Of a stretch of 18,228 bases of DNA, positions 1 through 14,192 are shown piece by piece. The stretch spans positions 1 to 18,228 of the forward strand of contig JAVKHQ010000044.1 in the NCBI GenBank assembly GCA_031459875.1. The letters are read 5' to 3'. Each line of letters starts with the position of its first letter. The stretch's first letter is position 1. This DNA comes from Candidatus Fervidifonticultor sextus (GTDB lineage: Bacteria; Sysuimicrobiota; Sysuimicrobiia; Sysuimicrobiales; Humicultoraceae). The translations under genes and the position numbers were made by a program. Under the pieces are notes generated by a model that had not been told where the DNA came from, made no database searches, and worked only from the letters and a program-made list of their open reading frames with translations.

Positions 1-1715
1 ACCTCATGGGAGGAGCCGTCCACCAGCGTCGCCCGGAAGTCGATGAGGGGGTACTCCGCCAGCACGCCGCCGTCCGCGGCCTCGCGGATCCCCGCCTCCA
101 CGGCCTTGATGAACTCCCGCGGGATCGCCCCGCCGGTAATCGCATCGACGATCTCGATCCCGGCCCCGCGTTCCTGGGGCTCGATCTCGAGGATGACGTG
201 GCCGTACTGGCCGCGGCCGCCGGTCTGCCGGATGTAGCGGCCCTCGCCGCGCGCAGGCTGGCGGATCGTCTCCTTGTAGGCCACCTGCGGCCGGCCCACA
301 TTGGCCTGGACGCTGAACTCGCGAAGCAGGCGGTCGATAATGATCTCCAGATGGAGCTCGCCCATGCCGGAGATGATGGTCTGCCCGGTCTCGGCATCCA
401 GCCGGACCCGGAACGTGGGGTCCTCGTCGGCCAGCCGGCCCAGCGCGATAGCCAGCCGCTCTTCATCGGCCTTGGTCTTCGGTTCCACGGCCACGGAGAT
501 GACCGGATCGGGGAAGTGCATGGCCTCCAGGATGACCGGCGACGCCTCGTCGCACAGCGAGTCGCCGGTCGCGGTCACCCGGAGCCCCACCGCGGCCACC
601 ACGTTCCCGGCCGAGACCTCCGGGATATCTTCCCGGTGGTTGGCGTGCATCTGCAGGATGCGGGAGACCCGCTCCTTCTGGCCCTTGTTGGCGTTGTAGA
701 CATAGGAGCCCGCCCGGAGCGTCCCGGAGTAGACGCGGAAGTACGTGAGCCTCCCCACATAGGGATCGGAGACGATCTTGAACGCCAGCGCCGCGAACGG
801 GCCGTGGGGGTCGGCGGGCCGTTCGACCCGCTCCCCGGTGCGGGGGTCGGTGCCGACCACCGGCGGCAGGTCCAGCGGGGACGGCAGGTAGTCTACGACC
901 GCGTCCAGCAACGGCTGGACCCCCTTGTTGCGGAAGGCACTGCCGGCCAGCACCGGGACGATCTTCGCCGCGATCGTCCCCCGGCGCAGGGCGGCGCGCA
1001 CCTCGTCCTCGCCGATCTCCTCGCCGTCCAGGTACCGGACCGCCAGTGTGTCGTCCAGATCGGCGGCAGCCTCGACCATCTGTTCCCGCAGCGCCTCGGC
1101 CTCCTCCCGCAGGTCCTCGGGAATGTCGGTCTCGTCGGACCGGGTCCCCAGGTCGTCGAGGTAGATGATGGACTTCATCCGGATCAGATCCACGACACCC
1201 TGGAAGCCGTCTTCGGCACCGATGGGGATCTGGATCGGCACGGGCACCGCCCCGAGCCGGTCACGGATCATCTGGACGGTCCGCAGGAAGTCGGCGCCGG
1301 TGCGGTCCATCTTGTTGATGAAGATGATGCGGGGAATGCGGTAGCGGTCGGCCTGCCGCCAGACGGTCTCCGACTGGGGCTGGACGCCCTCCACAGCCGA
1401 CAGCAGCACCACGGCGCCATCCAGGACGCGCAGCGACCGCTCGACCTCCATGGTGAAATCCACGTGCCCGGGCGTGTCAATGATGTTGATGCGGTGGTCG
1501 CGCCACAGGCAGGTGGTGGCCGCAGCCGTGATGGTGATGCCGCGCTCGCGCTCCTGGACCATCCAGTCCATGGTGGCGGAGCCCTCGTCCACCTCGCCCA
1601 GCCGGTGCACCCGGCCGGTATAGAAGAGGATGCGCTCGGTGGTCGTCGTCTTCCCGGCGTCGATGTGGGCGACGATGCCGATGTTCCGAATGGTGTGCAG
1701 CTGCACGGCCTCCAC
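1..1715 (-). CDS. fusA: Elongation factor G (5' portion, runs off the left edge)
   Basis: Not in the ORF track (no stop in window). Manual translation: (M)[33 protein letters not shown]...RGITI...DTPGHVDF...NKMD...GMGELHLE...[12 protein letters not shown]...DGSSHEV. GTG start at 1715 inferred (1706 is an alternative). Follows rpsG as in the str operon. Confidence 0.97.
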   Translation of the reverse strand, partial: MEAVQLHTIRNIGIVAHIDAGKTTTTERILFYTGRVHRLGEVDEGSATMDWMVQERERGITITAAATTCLWRDHRINIIDTPGHVDFTMEVERSLRVLDGAVVLLSAVEGVQPQSETVWRQADRYRIPRIIFINKMDRTGADFLRTVQMIRDRLGAVPVPIQIPIGAEDGFQGVVDLIRMKSIIYLDDLGTRSDETDIPEDLREEAEALREQMVEAAADLDDTLAVRYLDGEEIGEDEVRAALRRGTIAAKIVPVLAGSAFRNKGVQPLLDAVVDYLPSPLDLPPVVGTDPRTGERVERPADPHGPFAALAFKIVSDPYVGRLTYFRVYSGTLRAGSYVYNANKGQKERVSRILQMHANHREDIPEVSAGNVVAAVGLRVTATGDSLCDEASPVILEAMHFPDPVISVAVEPKTKADEERLAIALGRLADEDPTFRVRLDAETGQTIISGMGELHLEIIIDRLLREFSVQANVGRPQVAYKETIRQPARGEGRYIRQTGGRGQYGHVILEIEPQERGAGIEIVDAITGGAIPREFIKAVEAGIREAADGGVLAEYPLIDFRATLVDGSSHE

Positions 1716-1747
1716 CGCTCTCGCACCTGCCCTGGAGCGAACCGCCG

Positions 1748-2221
1748 TTACCATCGGTAGTGGGCGAAGGCCTTGTTGGCCTCCGCCATCTTGTGGGTGT
1801 CTTCCCGCTTCTTCACCGCCGCGCCCTGCCCGACCGAGGCGTCCAGGATCTCGGCGGCCAGCCGCTCGGCGAAGGTGCGGCGGTCCCGGCGCGCCCGGGC
1901 GTACTGGACCAGCCAGCGGATCCCCAGCGAGGACCGCCGTTCGGGGCGCACCTCAACCGGCACCTGGTACGTGGCCCCGCCGACGCGGCGGGGGCGGACC
2001 TCCAGCAGCGGCATGACGTTCCCCAGGGCCTTATCGAACACCTTGACCGGATCCTGGCCGCTCTTCTCCCGGACGATGTCCAGGGCCCGGTACACGTGGC
2101 GCATGGCCAGGCTCTTCTTGCCCCGCATCAGGACTTTATTGATGAGCCGGTGCACCCCGGGGTGCCCGTAGACCGGGTCCGGGCCGACCTCACGACGGGG
2201 AACGGGTCCCTTCCTGGGCAT
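1748..2221 (-). CDS. rpsG: 30S ribosomal protein S7
   Basis: MPRKG...[14 protein letters not shown]...[21 protein letters not shown] overlapping the rpsL stop. Confidence 0.99.
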   Translation of the reverse strand: MPRKGPVPRREVGPDPVYGHPGVHRLINKVLMRGKKSLAMRHVYRALDIVREKSGQDPVKVFDKALGNVMPLLEVRPRRVGGATYQVPVEVRPERRSSLGIRWLVQYARARRDRRTFAERLAAEILDASVGQGAAVKKREDTHKMAEANKAFAHYRW

Positions 2222-2230
2222 CGGCTCCTC

Positions 2231-2611
2231 CTACGCCGGCTTCTTCGGCCGCTTGGCGCCGTACTTGGAGCGCCCGCGCATCCGACCGGCCACACCCGCG
2301 GCATCCAGCGTGCCGCGGACGATGTGGTAGCGGATGCCCGGCAGGTCCTTGACACGACCGCCGCGGATCAGGACGACCGAGTGCTCCTGCAGGTTGTGCC
2401 CGATCCCCGGGATGTAGGCGGTGACCTCCATGCCGTTGGTGAGTCGGACCCGGGCGATCTTGCGGAGGGCAGAGTTCGGCTTCTTGGGCGTGGTGGTCTT
2501 TACCTGAATGCACACGCCCCGCTTCTGCGGGCTGCCGCCCAGCGCCGGAGACTTGCTCTTGCTCCGCATCCGGTGGCGGCCGTAGCGTACCAGTTGACTC
2601 ACGGTCGGCAT
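2231..2611 (-). CDS. rpsL: 30S ribosomal protein S12
   Basis: MPTVSQLVR...[13 protein letters not shown]...HNLQEHS...[16 protein letters not shown] at 2618-2622. Confidence 0.99.
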   Translation of the reverse strand: MPTVSQLVRYGRHRMRSKSKSPALGGSPQKRGVCIQVKTTTPKKPNSALRKIARVRLTNGMEVTAYIPGIGHNLQEHSVVLIRGGRVKDLPGIRYHIVRGTLDAAGVAGRMRGRSKYGAKRPKKPA

Positions 2612-2943
2612 GGTCTGCCTCCACTTACCTCTTCCTCAGTCCGTCGTTCATCACGCACACACCCCCCGGGATCCCCCCGGGGGACCCAGGCGCAGGGGGC
2701 AATGCCCCGGTCATCTCCCTGCGGGCTCGCTCGCCGCCCGCGGGGACGACCGGGTGCTCGCAACGCGTTTCCGGCTTGACGGCCTTGACGTTGCGCCATA
2801 CGAGGCAGGCCCTGGCAGGACCCCGCACCGACGGGGGGACCTGCCCTGCGGCGCAACACGAGGGCTCTGGGGACAGCGGAATGGTGAGGTCGGTCGAGCC
2901 CCGGATTATGGTGGCCGGCTGCTCCGGCCGTTGTCCTGCGCGG
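2612..2943 (-). promoter_or_regulatory. Long structured spacer / putative rpsL leader RNA
   Basis: ~330 nt without a convincing ORF. Several long stems (e.g. 2706-2754, 2790-2857) contain G-U pairs on the minus strand that would be A-C mismatches on the plus strand. Confidence 0.5.
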
Positions 2944-3222
2944 CTAACCCGGAGGCGGCTCCTCAACGAGAACCGCCGCTGCGGCGGCCCCGACGGCAAT
3001 CCCGCAGGCCCGCCCCAGGGCGGTCATGGATGCCACCTCGGTGAGCTCGATCCCCCGCGCCGCCGCCGCCTGCACCACCGGCTCCACCACCCGCCGGTCG
3101 GCGTCGGCGGCGACGAAGGCCTCGACGGCCTTCCCGCGGGTGATCGCCTTCGCCGTCTGGTGCGCCCCCACCGCCCGCGCCGACGCGGCGCGCAGCCGCA
3201 TGAGCGCAGCCTCATCCGACAT
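2944..3222 (-). CDS. L7Ae-family kink-turn-binding protein (YbxF/RulS-like)
   Basis: 92 aa, AVGAHQTAKAI...AFVAADAD...SMTALGRACGIAVGAAAAAV matches the L7Ae/YbxF pattern; lies between rpoC and rpsL, where ybxF sits in Bacillus. Confidence 0.9.
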   Translation of the reverse strand: MSDEAALMRLRAASARAVGAHQTAKAITRGKAVEAFVAADADRRVVEPVVQAAAARGIELTEVASMTALGRACGIAVGAAAAAVLVEEPPPG

Positions 3223-3243
3223 CGGGCTTCACCGCGCCAGCCG

Positions 3244-3272
3244 ATTCTAGCATCGGCCCTCGGGGGTGTCAA
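3244..3272 (-). promoter_or_regulatory. Sigma70-type promoter for the L7Ae-like gene and str operon
   Basis: TTGACA (3272-3267), 17 bp spacer, extended -10 TGcTAGAAT (-10 at 3249-3244). Confidence 0.85.
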
Positions 3273-3327
3273 CACGAGCCCCGCCCGCGCGCGGCCCCGG
3301 GGGCGCTCCGGGCCGTCCCCGGATGCC

Positions 3328-6765
<3,438 letters not shown>

Positions 6766-6768
6766 CGG

Positions 6769-10170
<3,402 letters not shown>

Positions 10171-10323
10171 GGTGAAGAGTGTCACCTCCGCGTGCCATCG
10201 GCGCCGCGCGGCGGCGCAGTCAGTGGTCCGTCGGTCGTGCGGCGTGCCTGCCTGCTCGGTTCCGTGGGATGCTCACCAGTGAGGTTCGGCGCTAGGGACG
10301 CCGGCCATGCCGGGCTGTCATGG

Positions 10324-10365
10324 AAAGACGAAAGCAGGGCCGGTCAGCCGGTCCCCCTGCCTCGC
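10324..10365 (-). terminator. Terminator/attenuator-like hairpin in the rpoB leader
   Basis: Minus strand AGGCAGGG-GGA-CCGG-CTGA-CCGG-CCCTGCTT followed by TCGTCTTT (imperfect U-tract). Confidence 0.5.
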
Positions 10366-10437
10366 GCTGTACGGTCACGCACGTCTGGATCGCTGGCTCA
10401 CCCGCACGCGGCGGCCCCGCTTGAAGCCGTACCCGCA

Positions 10438-10466
10438 AGAATACTGCGGGCTTCCCCGGCTGTCAA
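10438..10466 (-). promoter_or_regulatory. Sigma70-type promoter for rpoBC
   Basis: TTGACA (10466-10461), 17 bp spacer, TATTCT (10443-10438), just downstream of the rplL stop. Confidence 0.75.
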
Positions 10467-10497
10467 GAGCCCTCCGGGGCGGCGCCGGGTGGCCCGG

Positions 10498-10887
10498 CTA
10501 CCTGATGACGACGGCCGCGCCTTCGGCCTCGAGCTTCTGCTTGATGGTCTCGGCCTCCTGACGGCTGACCTTCTCCTTCACGGGTTTCGGCGCGCCGTCC
10601 ACCAGGTCCTTGGCCTCCTTGAGGCCTAGCCCGGTGAGCTCGCGCACAACCTTGATGACCTGGATCTTCTTCTCGCCGACTTTCTCGAGGATGACGTCGA
10701 ACTCCGTCTGCTCCTCGACCGGGGGCGCGGCGGTACTCGGCGCGCCGGTGACGGCAGGAGCGGCCACCGGCACGGCGGCCGACACCCCGAACTTCTCCTC
10801 CAGCGCCTTGACCAGGTCGGCCAGTTCCAGGACCGTCAGCCCGCTGATGGCCTCGACGATCTCGTCCTTGCTCAGTTTGGTTGCCAC
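10498..10887 (-). CDS. rplL: 50S ribosomal protein L7/L12
   Basis: [22 protein letters not shown]...[10 protein letters not shown]...[18 protein letters not shown] start at 10887 with GGGAGGG SD at 10894-10900. Confidence 0.98.
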   Translation of the reverse strand: MATKLSKDEIVEAISGLTVLELADLVKALEEKFGVSAAVPVAAPAVTGAPSTAAPPVEEQTEFDVILEKVGEKKIQVIKVVRELTGLGLKEAKDLVDGAPKPVKEKVSRQEAETIKQKLEAEGAAVVIR

Positions 10888-10932
10888 GGTCGTCCCTCCC
10901 AAGCGAGTGTCGCGCGCGTTGGTCGTGGTGCC

Positions 10933-11454
10933 TCAGGCCGCGCTGCGCTGCCGGCGGACCTGATCGAGGGCATAGAGGAGGCTTCGCGGCAGGGCCGACA
11001 GCACCCCCGCCAGGCCCGCCAGCGGCGCCGCGATGCCGCCGACGACCCTGCCCACCAACTCCTGGCGGCTGGGGAGGTCGGCGAGCGCCCGCGTGCGATC
11101 CTCGTCGTAGAGCTGGCCCCCAATGACACTGCCTTTGACCGCGAGCTTGCGCGTCTGCCGGCTGAACTCCTGGATGATCTTCGCGGCGGCCACCGGATCG
11201 TCGGACACGAAGGCGGCTGCTGTGGGGCCCTCCAGGGTCGGGCCCAGGCCTTCGATCCCCGCGGCTGCGGCGGCGATCCGGAGCAGCCGGTTCTTCACCA
11301 CGCGGTACTCCGCCCCGGCTTCCCGCAGCCGCGTGCGCAGCGCCGTGATCTCGGCCACCGTCAGACCCCGGAAGTCGGTGAGAATGACCGCCCGGGCCCG
11401 GGCCAGGCGGCCCTGCAGTTGCTCGACCTCGTTGACCTTCTCCGGACGCGGCAT
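10933..11454 (-). CDS. rplJ: 50S ribosomal protein L10
   Basis: MPRPEKVNEV...DFRGLTVAEITALR...VVKNRLL...LEGPTA...LADLPSRQEL; ATG 11454 with GGAGGG SD. The longer ORF-track start at 11661 runs through the leader RNA and promoter. Confidence 0.97.
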   Translation of the reverse strand: MPRPEKVNEVEQLQGRLARARAVILTDFRGLTVAEITALRTRLREAGAEYRVVKNRLLRIAAAAAGIEGLGPTLEGPTAAAFVSDDPVAAAKIIQEFSRQTRKLAVKGSVIGGQLYDEDRTRALADLPSRQELVGRVVGGIAAPLAGLAGVLSALPRSLLYALDQVRRQRSAA

Positions 11455-11473
11455 CACGCGCCCTCCAGCCTCG

Positions 11474-11578
11474 AACGAAATGGACCCGCCGAAGACAGGC
11501 GGGCCCTCATCCCCTCCGCCCCTCGGCAGGCGACCGACGTCTTTGAGCCCGCGCTGCGGGCACCTGCTGTCTCCGGTG
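11474..11578 (-). promoter_or_regulatory. L10 leader (rplJL autoregulatory RNA) with terminator-like hairpin
   Basis: CCGGAGACAGCAGGTG...GCTCAAAG...CCTGCCGAGG resembles the L10-leader core (AGACAGyAGG...CCUrCCGAGG); downstream hairpin GGGCCCGCC/GGCGGGTCC followed by ATTTCGTT. Confidence 0.85.
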
Positions 11579-11651
11579 CGCGGCCGCCAGCGGCGGCCGT
11601 TGGTTTCCATTTGACACAGTATTCCCGAGGCCTGTTCGGGAACCCGCGCGG

Positions 11652-11680
11652 ATTCTAGCACCCGGCGCTGGAGCCGTCAA
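11652..11680 (-). promoter_or_regulatory. Sigma70-type promoter for rplJL
   Basis: TTGACG (11680-11675), 17 bp spacer, extended -10 TGcTAGAAT (-10 at 11657-11652). Confidence 0.8.
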
Positions 11681-11722
11681 CCGGCCGCCGGTGGGGAGGA
11701 CGGTGGGGGAAAGCCGCCGCTA

Positions 11723-12972
11723 GTGCGCCGTCGCCCAAGTTTGACAAGGGTTAGAGAACTCACTATGCTGAGCCCAACGGTTCGACATCACACCTTTCGT
11801 CGCAGCGGAGGTCGATCTCCCCGATGCAGCAGCGATCGCAGCGCCGACACGGCCCTCTCCCGACCATTCCCATTGTCTTGTCCATCGAAGAGCGGAGCGC
11901 GCTGGAGCACCTCTGGCGCTCAGGCAAGACTGAGCACCGCGTGGCCATGCGCGCTCGCGCCATCCTCCTCGCGGCTGACGGCTGGGCCAACGATGCCATT
12001 GCGCGGCACCTGGGGCGGCACCACACCTGGGTGCGCAAATGGCGGCGCCGCTTTGCACGGGACCGGTTGGCCGGGCTGCAGGATCGCCCGCGGAGCGGCC
12101 GTCCACGGCGCTTTTCCCCCCTTGCAGCATGCGCAGATCGTCGCGCTGGCCTGCACCCCGCCCGCAGAGGTCGGGCGGGCGTGGGTGCGTTGGACGGTGC
12201 GGGCCCTGCATGACGAGATTGAGCGTCGCCAGATCGCCACGCTGCACCCCTCGACGGTCCACCACATCCTGGCCGACGCCGACCTGCACCCGCATCAGGT
12301 GCGGTCCTGGCGCCCCGCGCTGGCCGAGGATTTCGAGTCCAAGGCGGCCTCGGTGCTCTGGGACGACGAGCGGGCGGGGGCCCTGGCGGATCACGGCGCA
12401 CTGGTGGTGTGCCTGGACGAAAAGCCCAACATCCAGGCGCTGGGACGACCCATTCCAGACCTCCCGCCGGCCCCAGGCTACGCGCTGCGGCGCGACTGGG
12501 AGGACGTGCGGCACGGCACGGCCAACCTGCTCGTGATCTACAACCTCCTCACTGGCCGGCTGTGGGGGCGCGTGCTCGCCCGCACCGATGCGGCGCATTT
12601 CCTCCCCGCCCTGGAGGCGTACCTGGCCGAGCTGCCGTGGGAGATCCGCTGCGTGCACTGCATCCTGGACAACGGCGCCTCGCACATCGCCAAAGTCACA
12701 CGCGCATGGATCGCGGCCCAGGAAGGATTGGTGCGGTTCCACTTTACCCCCACCCACGCGTCGTGGCTGAACCAGGCGGAGCTCGCCCTCGGCGCCTTCA
12801 GCCGACGCTACCTGCGTGATCGTGTGAGCGAAAGCCGTCAGGCATTGATCACAACATCTCTACCGCTCGCTACGCGAGTACAATCGGTTGCACGCACAAT
12901 CCATTTCAGTGGTCATTCACAAGGCACACCATGCACGAATGGTACTCTCGCCGAACTTGGGCCACGGTGCAC
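11723..12972 (+). mobile_element. IS630-family insertion sequence, 1250 bp, TA target duplication
   Basis: Ends including flanking CTA: CTAGTGCGCCGTCGCCCAAGTTTGACAAGGGT (left) vs CTAGTGCACCGTGGCCCAAGTTCGGCGAGAGT (right, reverse complement), 26/32 identical; TA at 11721-11722 and 12973-12974; internal HTH + DDE transposase. Confidence 0.95.
11741..11769 (+). promoter_or_regulatory. Transposase promoter overlapping the left inverted repeat
   Basis: TTGACA (11741-11746), 17 bp spacer, TATGCT (11764-11769). Confidence 0.8.
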
Positions 12973-12975
12973 TAG
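11824..12975 (+). pseudogene. IS630-family transposase: two-ORF (+1 shift) type with two further apparent 1-bp insertions near the 3' end
   Basis: ORF A from ATG 11824 is the HTH part (RARAILLAADG...WRRRF...DRPRSGRPRRFSP). The +1 frame continues LQHAQIVALAC...VCLDEK...CILDN...TPTHASWLNQAE (DDE triad present). A plausible C-terminus (QHLYRSLREYNRLHA-HPFQWSFT...TVH*) is recovered only by removing single A's near 12851 and 12898. Confidence 0.85.
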
Positions 12976-13676
12976 GCTCTCGCGACCTGTGCCTTGGCCG
13001 GGTCGATCCGGACGCCGGGTCCCATCGTGGCCGCCAGCGTGATCGACCGCAGGTACGATCCTTTGGCGGAAGCGGGTCGGGCCCGCACCACCGCGTCGAT
13101 CAGCGCCGCAAAATTCTCCAACAGCTGGGCCTCGGTGAATGAGGCTTTCCCGATGGGGACGTGGATGATCCCCGTCTTGTCCAGCCGGAACTCGATCTTC
13201 CCGGCCTTGAGCTCCCGCACCGCGCGGCCCACGTCCATGGTCACAGTCCCCGCCTTGGGATTGGGCATCAGACCCCGGGGGCCGAGAATGCGACCCAGCC
13301 GGCTGACCAGGCCCATCATGTCCGGGGTGGCCACCGCGACGTCGAACTCCAGCCAGCCGCCCTGGACCTTCTCGATCAGGTCCTCCGCGCCGACCACGTC
13401 GGCCCCGGCAGCCTCCGCCTCTCTGGCCTTCTCGCCTTTGGCGAAGGCGGCCACCCGCACCGACCGCCCGGTGCCGTGCGGGAGCACCACCGTCCCCCGA
13501 ACCTGCTGGTCGGCCTGCTTGGGATCGACCCCCAGGCGGAGGTGGGCCTCGACGGTCTCCGAAAACTTCGCGGATGCGGTGGCCCGGACGAGCCGGATCC
13601 CCTCCTCAGGGGCGTAGAGGCGGCGGGGCTCGACCTGCTTGGCTGCGGTCAGGTAGCGCTTGCCGTGCCGTCCCAT
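12972..13676 (-). CDS. rplA: 50S ribosomal protein L1
   Basis: [34 protein letters not shown]...[16 protein letters not shown]...TMGPGV. Confidence 0.99.
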   Translation of the reverse strand: MGRHGKRYLTAAKQVEPRRLYAPEEGIRLVRATASAKFSETVEAHLRLGVDPKQADQQVRGTVVLPHGTGRSVRVAAFAKGEKAREAEAAGADVVGAEDLIEKVQGGWLEFDVAVATPDMMGLVSRLGRILGPRGLMPNPKAGTVTMDVGRAVRELKAGKIEFRLDKTGIIHVPIGKASFTEAQLLENFAALIDAVVRARPASAKGSYLRSITLAATMGPGVRIDPAKAQVARA

Positions 13677-13689
13677 GGTCTGCCTCCTG

Positions 13690-13719
13690 GCGGTGCTGGC
13701 GGGGTGCGTCCCCTCCCGC
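13690..13719 (-). promoter_or_regulatory. Putative L1-binding autoregulatory site upstream of rplA
   Basis: GCGG-GAG-GGG-ACGCA-CCCC-GCCAGCA-CCGC: two stems flanking an asymmetric loop with GGGAG opposite GCnAnnAC, like the 23S rRNA-mimicking L1 site; directly precedes the rplA SD. Confidence 0.7.
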
Positions 13720-13730
13720 GTGCGTGCCTC

Positions 13731-14156
13731 CTATCCGACGACCTCGATGCCCATGGACCGGGCGGTGCCCTCGATCATGCGCATCGCGGCCTCAAGGGAG
13801 GTGGTGTTGAGGTCGGGCAGCTTGCGTTCGGCGATCTCCCGGATCTGCTGCCGGGTGACGGTGCCGGCCTTGGTCTTGTTGGGCTCCCCGGAACCCTTCT
13901 CGATCCCCGCGGCCTGCCGCAGGAGCACCGCGGCCGGCGGGGTCTTGGTGACGAAGGTGAACGTGCGGTCCGCGTAGATGGTAATCTCCACCGGGACGAT
14001 GGTGCCAGCCATCCTGGCGGTCCGTTCGTTGTACGCCTTGCAGAACTCCATGATGTTGACGCCGTGCTGGCCCAGCGCAGGACCCACCGGGGGAGCCGGC
14101 GTTGCCTTCCCGGCCGGGATCTGCAGCTTGACGACCGCCGTGATCTTCTTCGCCAC
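13731..14156 (-). CDS. rplK: 50S ribosomal protein L11
   Basis: [31 protein letters not shown]...GTARSMG; GTG start, AGGAGG SD. Confidence 0.99.
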   Translation of the reverse strand: MAKKITAVVKLQIPAGKATPAPPVGPALGQHGVNIMEFCKAYNERTARMAGTIVPVEITIYADRTFTFVTKTPPAAVLLRQAAGIEKGSGEPNKTKAGTVTRQQIREIAERKLPDLNTTSLEAAMRMIEGTARSMGIEVVG

Positions 14157-14192
14157 GCCTACGCGCCTCCTGCGCCTGCAGCCCGAAGCGGG

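Noticed and set aside
2776..2804. Tandem TTGACG hexamers as a possible antisense promoter
   Set aside because: The -10 at 17 bp spacing is TACGAG, lacking the conserved final T; insufficient support.
2625..2999. 124-aa minus-strand ORF spanning the ybxF-rpsL spacer
   Set aside because: Overlaps the L7Ae-like gene, Pro/Arg/Gly-rich composition, no SD or domain; the region is better explained as structured RNA.
11455..11661. 69-aa N-terminal extension of L10 from the ORF track (likewise the secE extension to 15263)
   Set aside because: These extensions run through leader RNA and promoter elements; downstream starts have good SD spacing.
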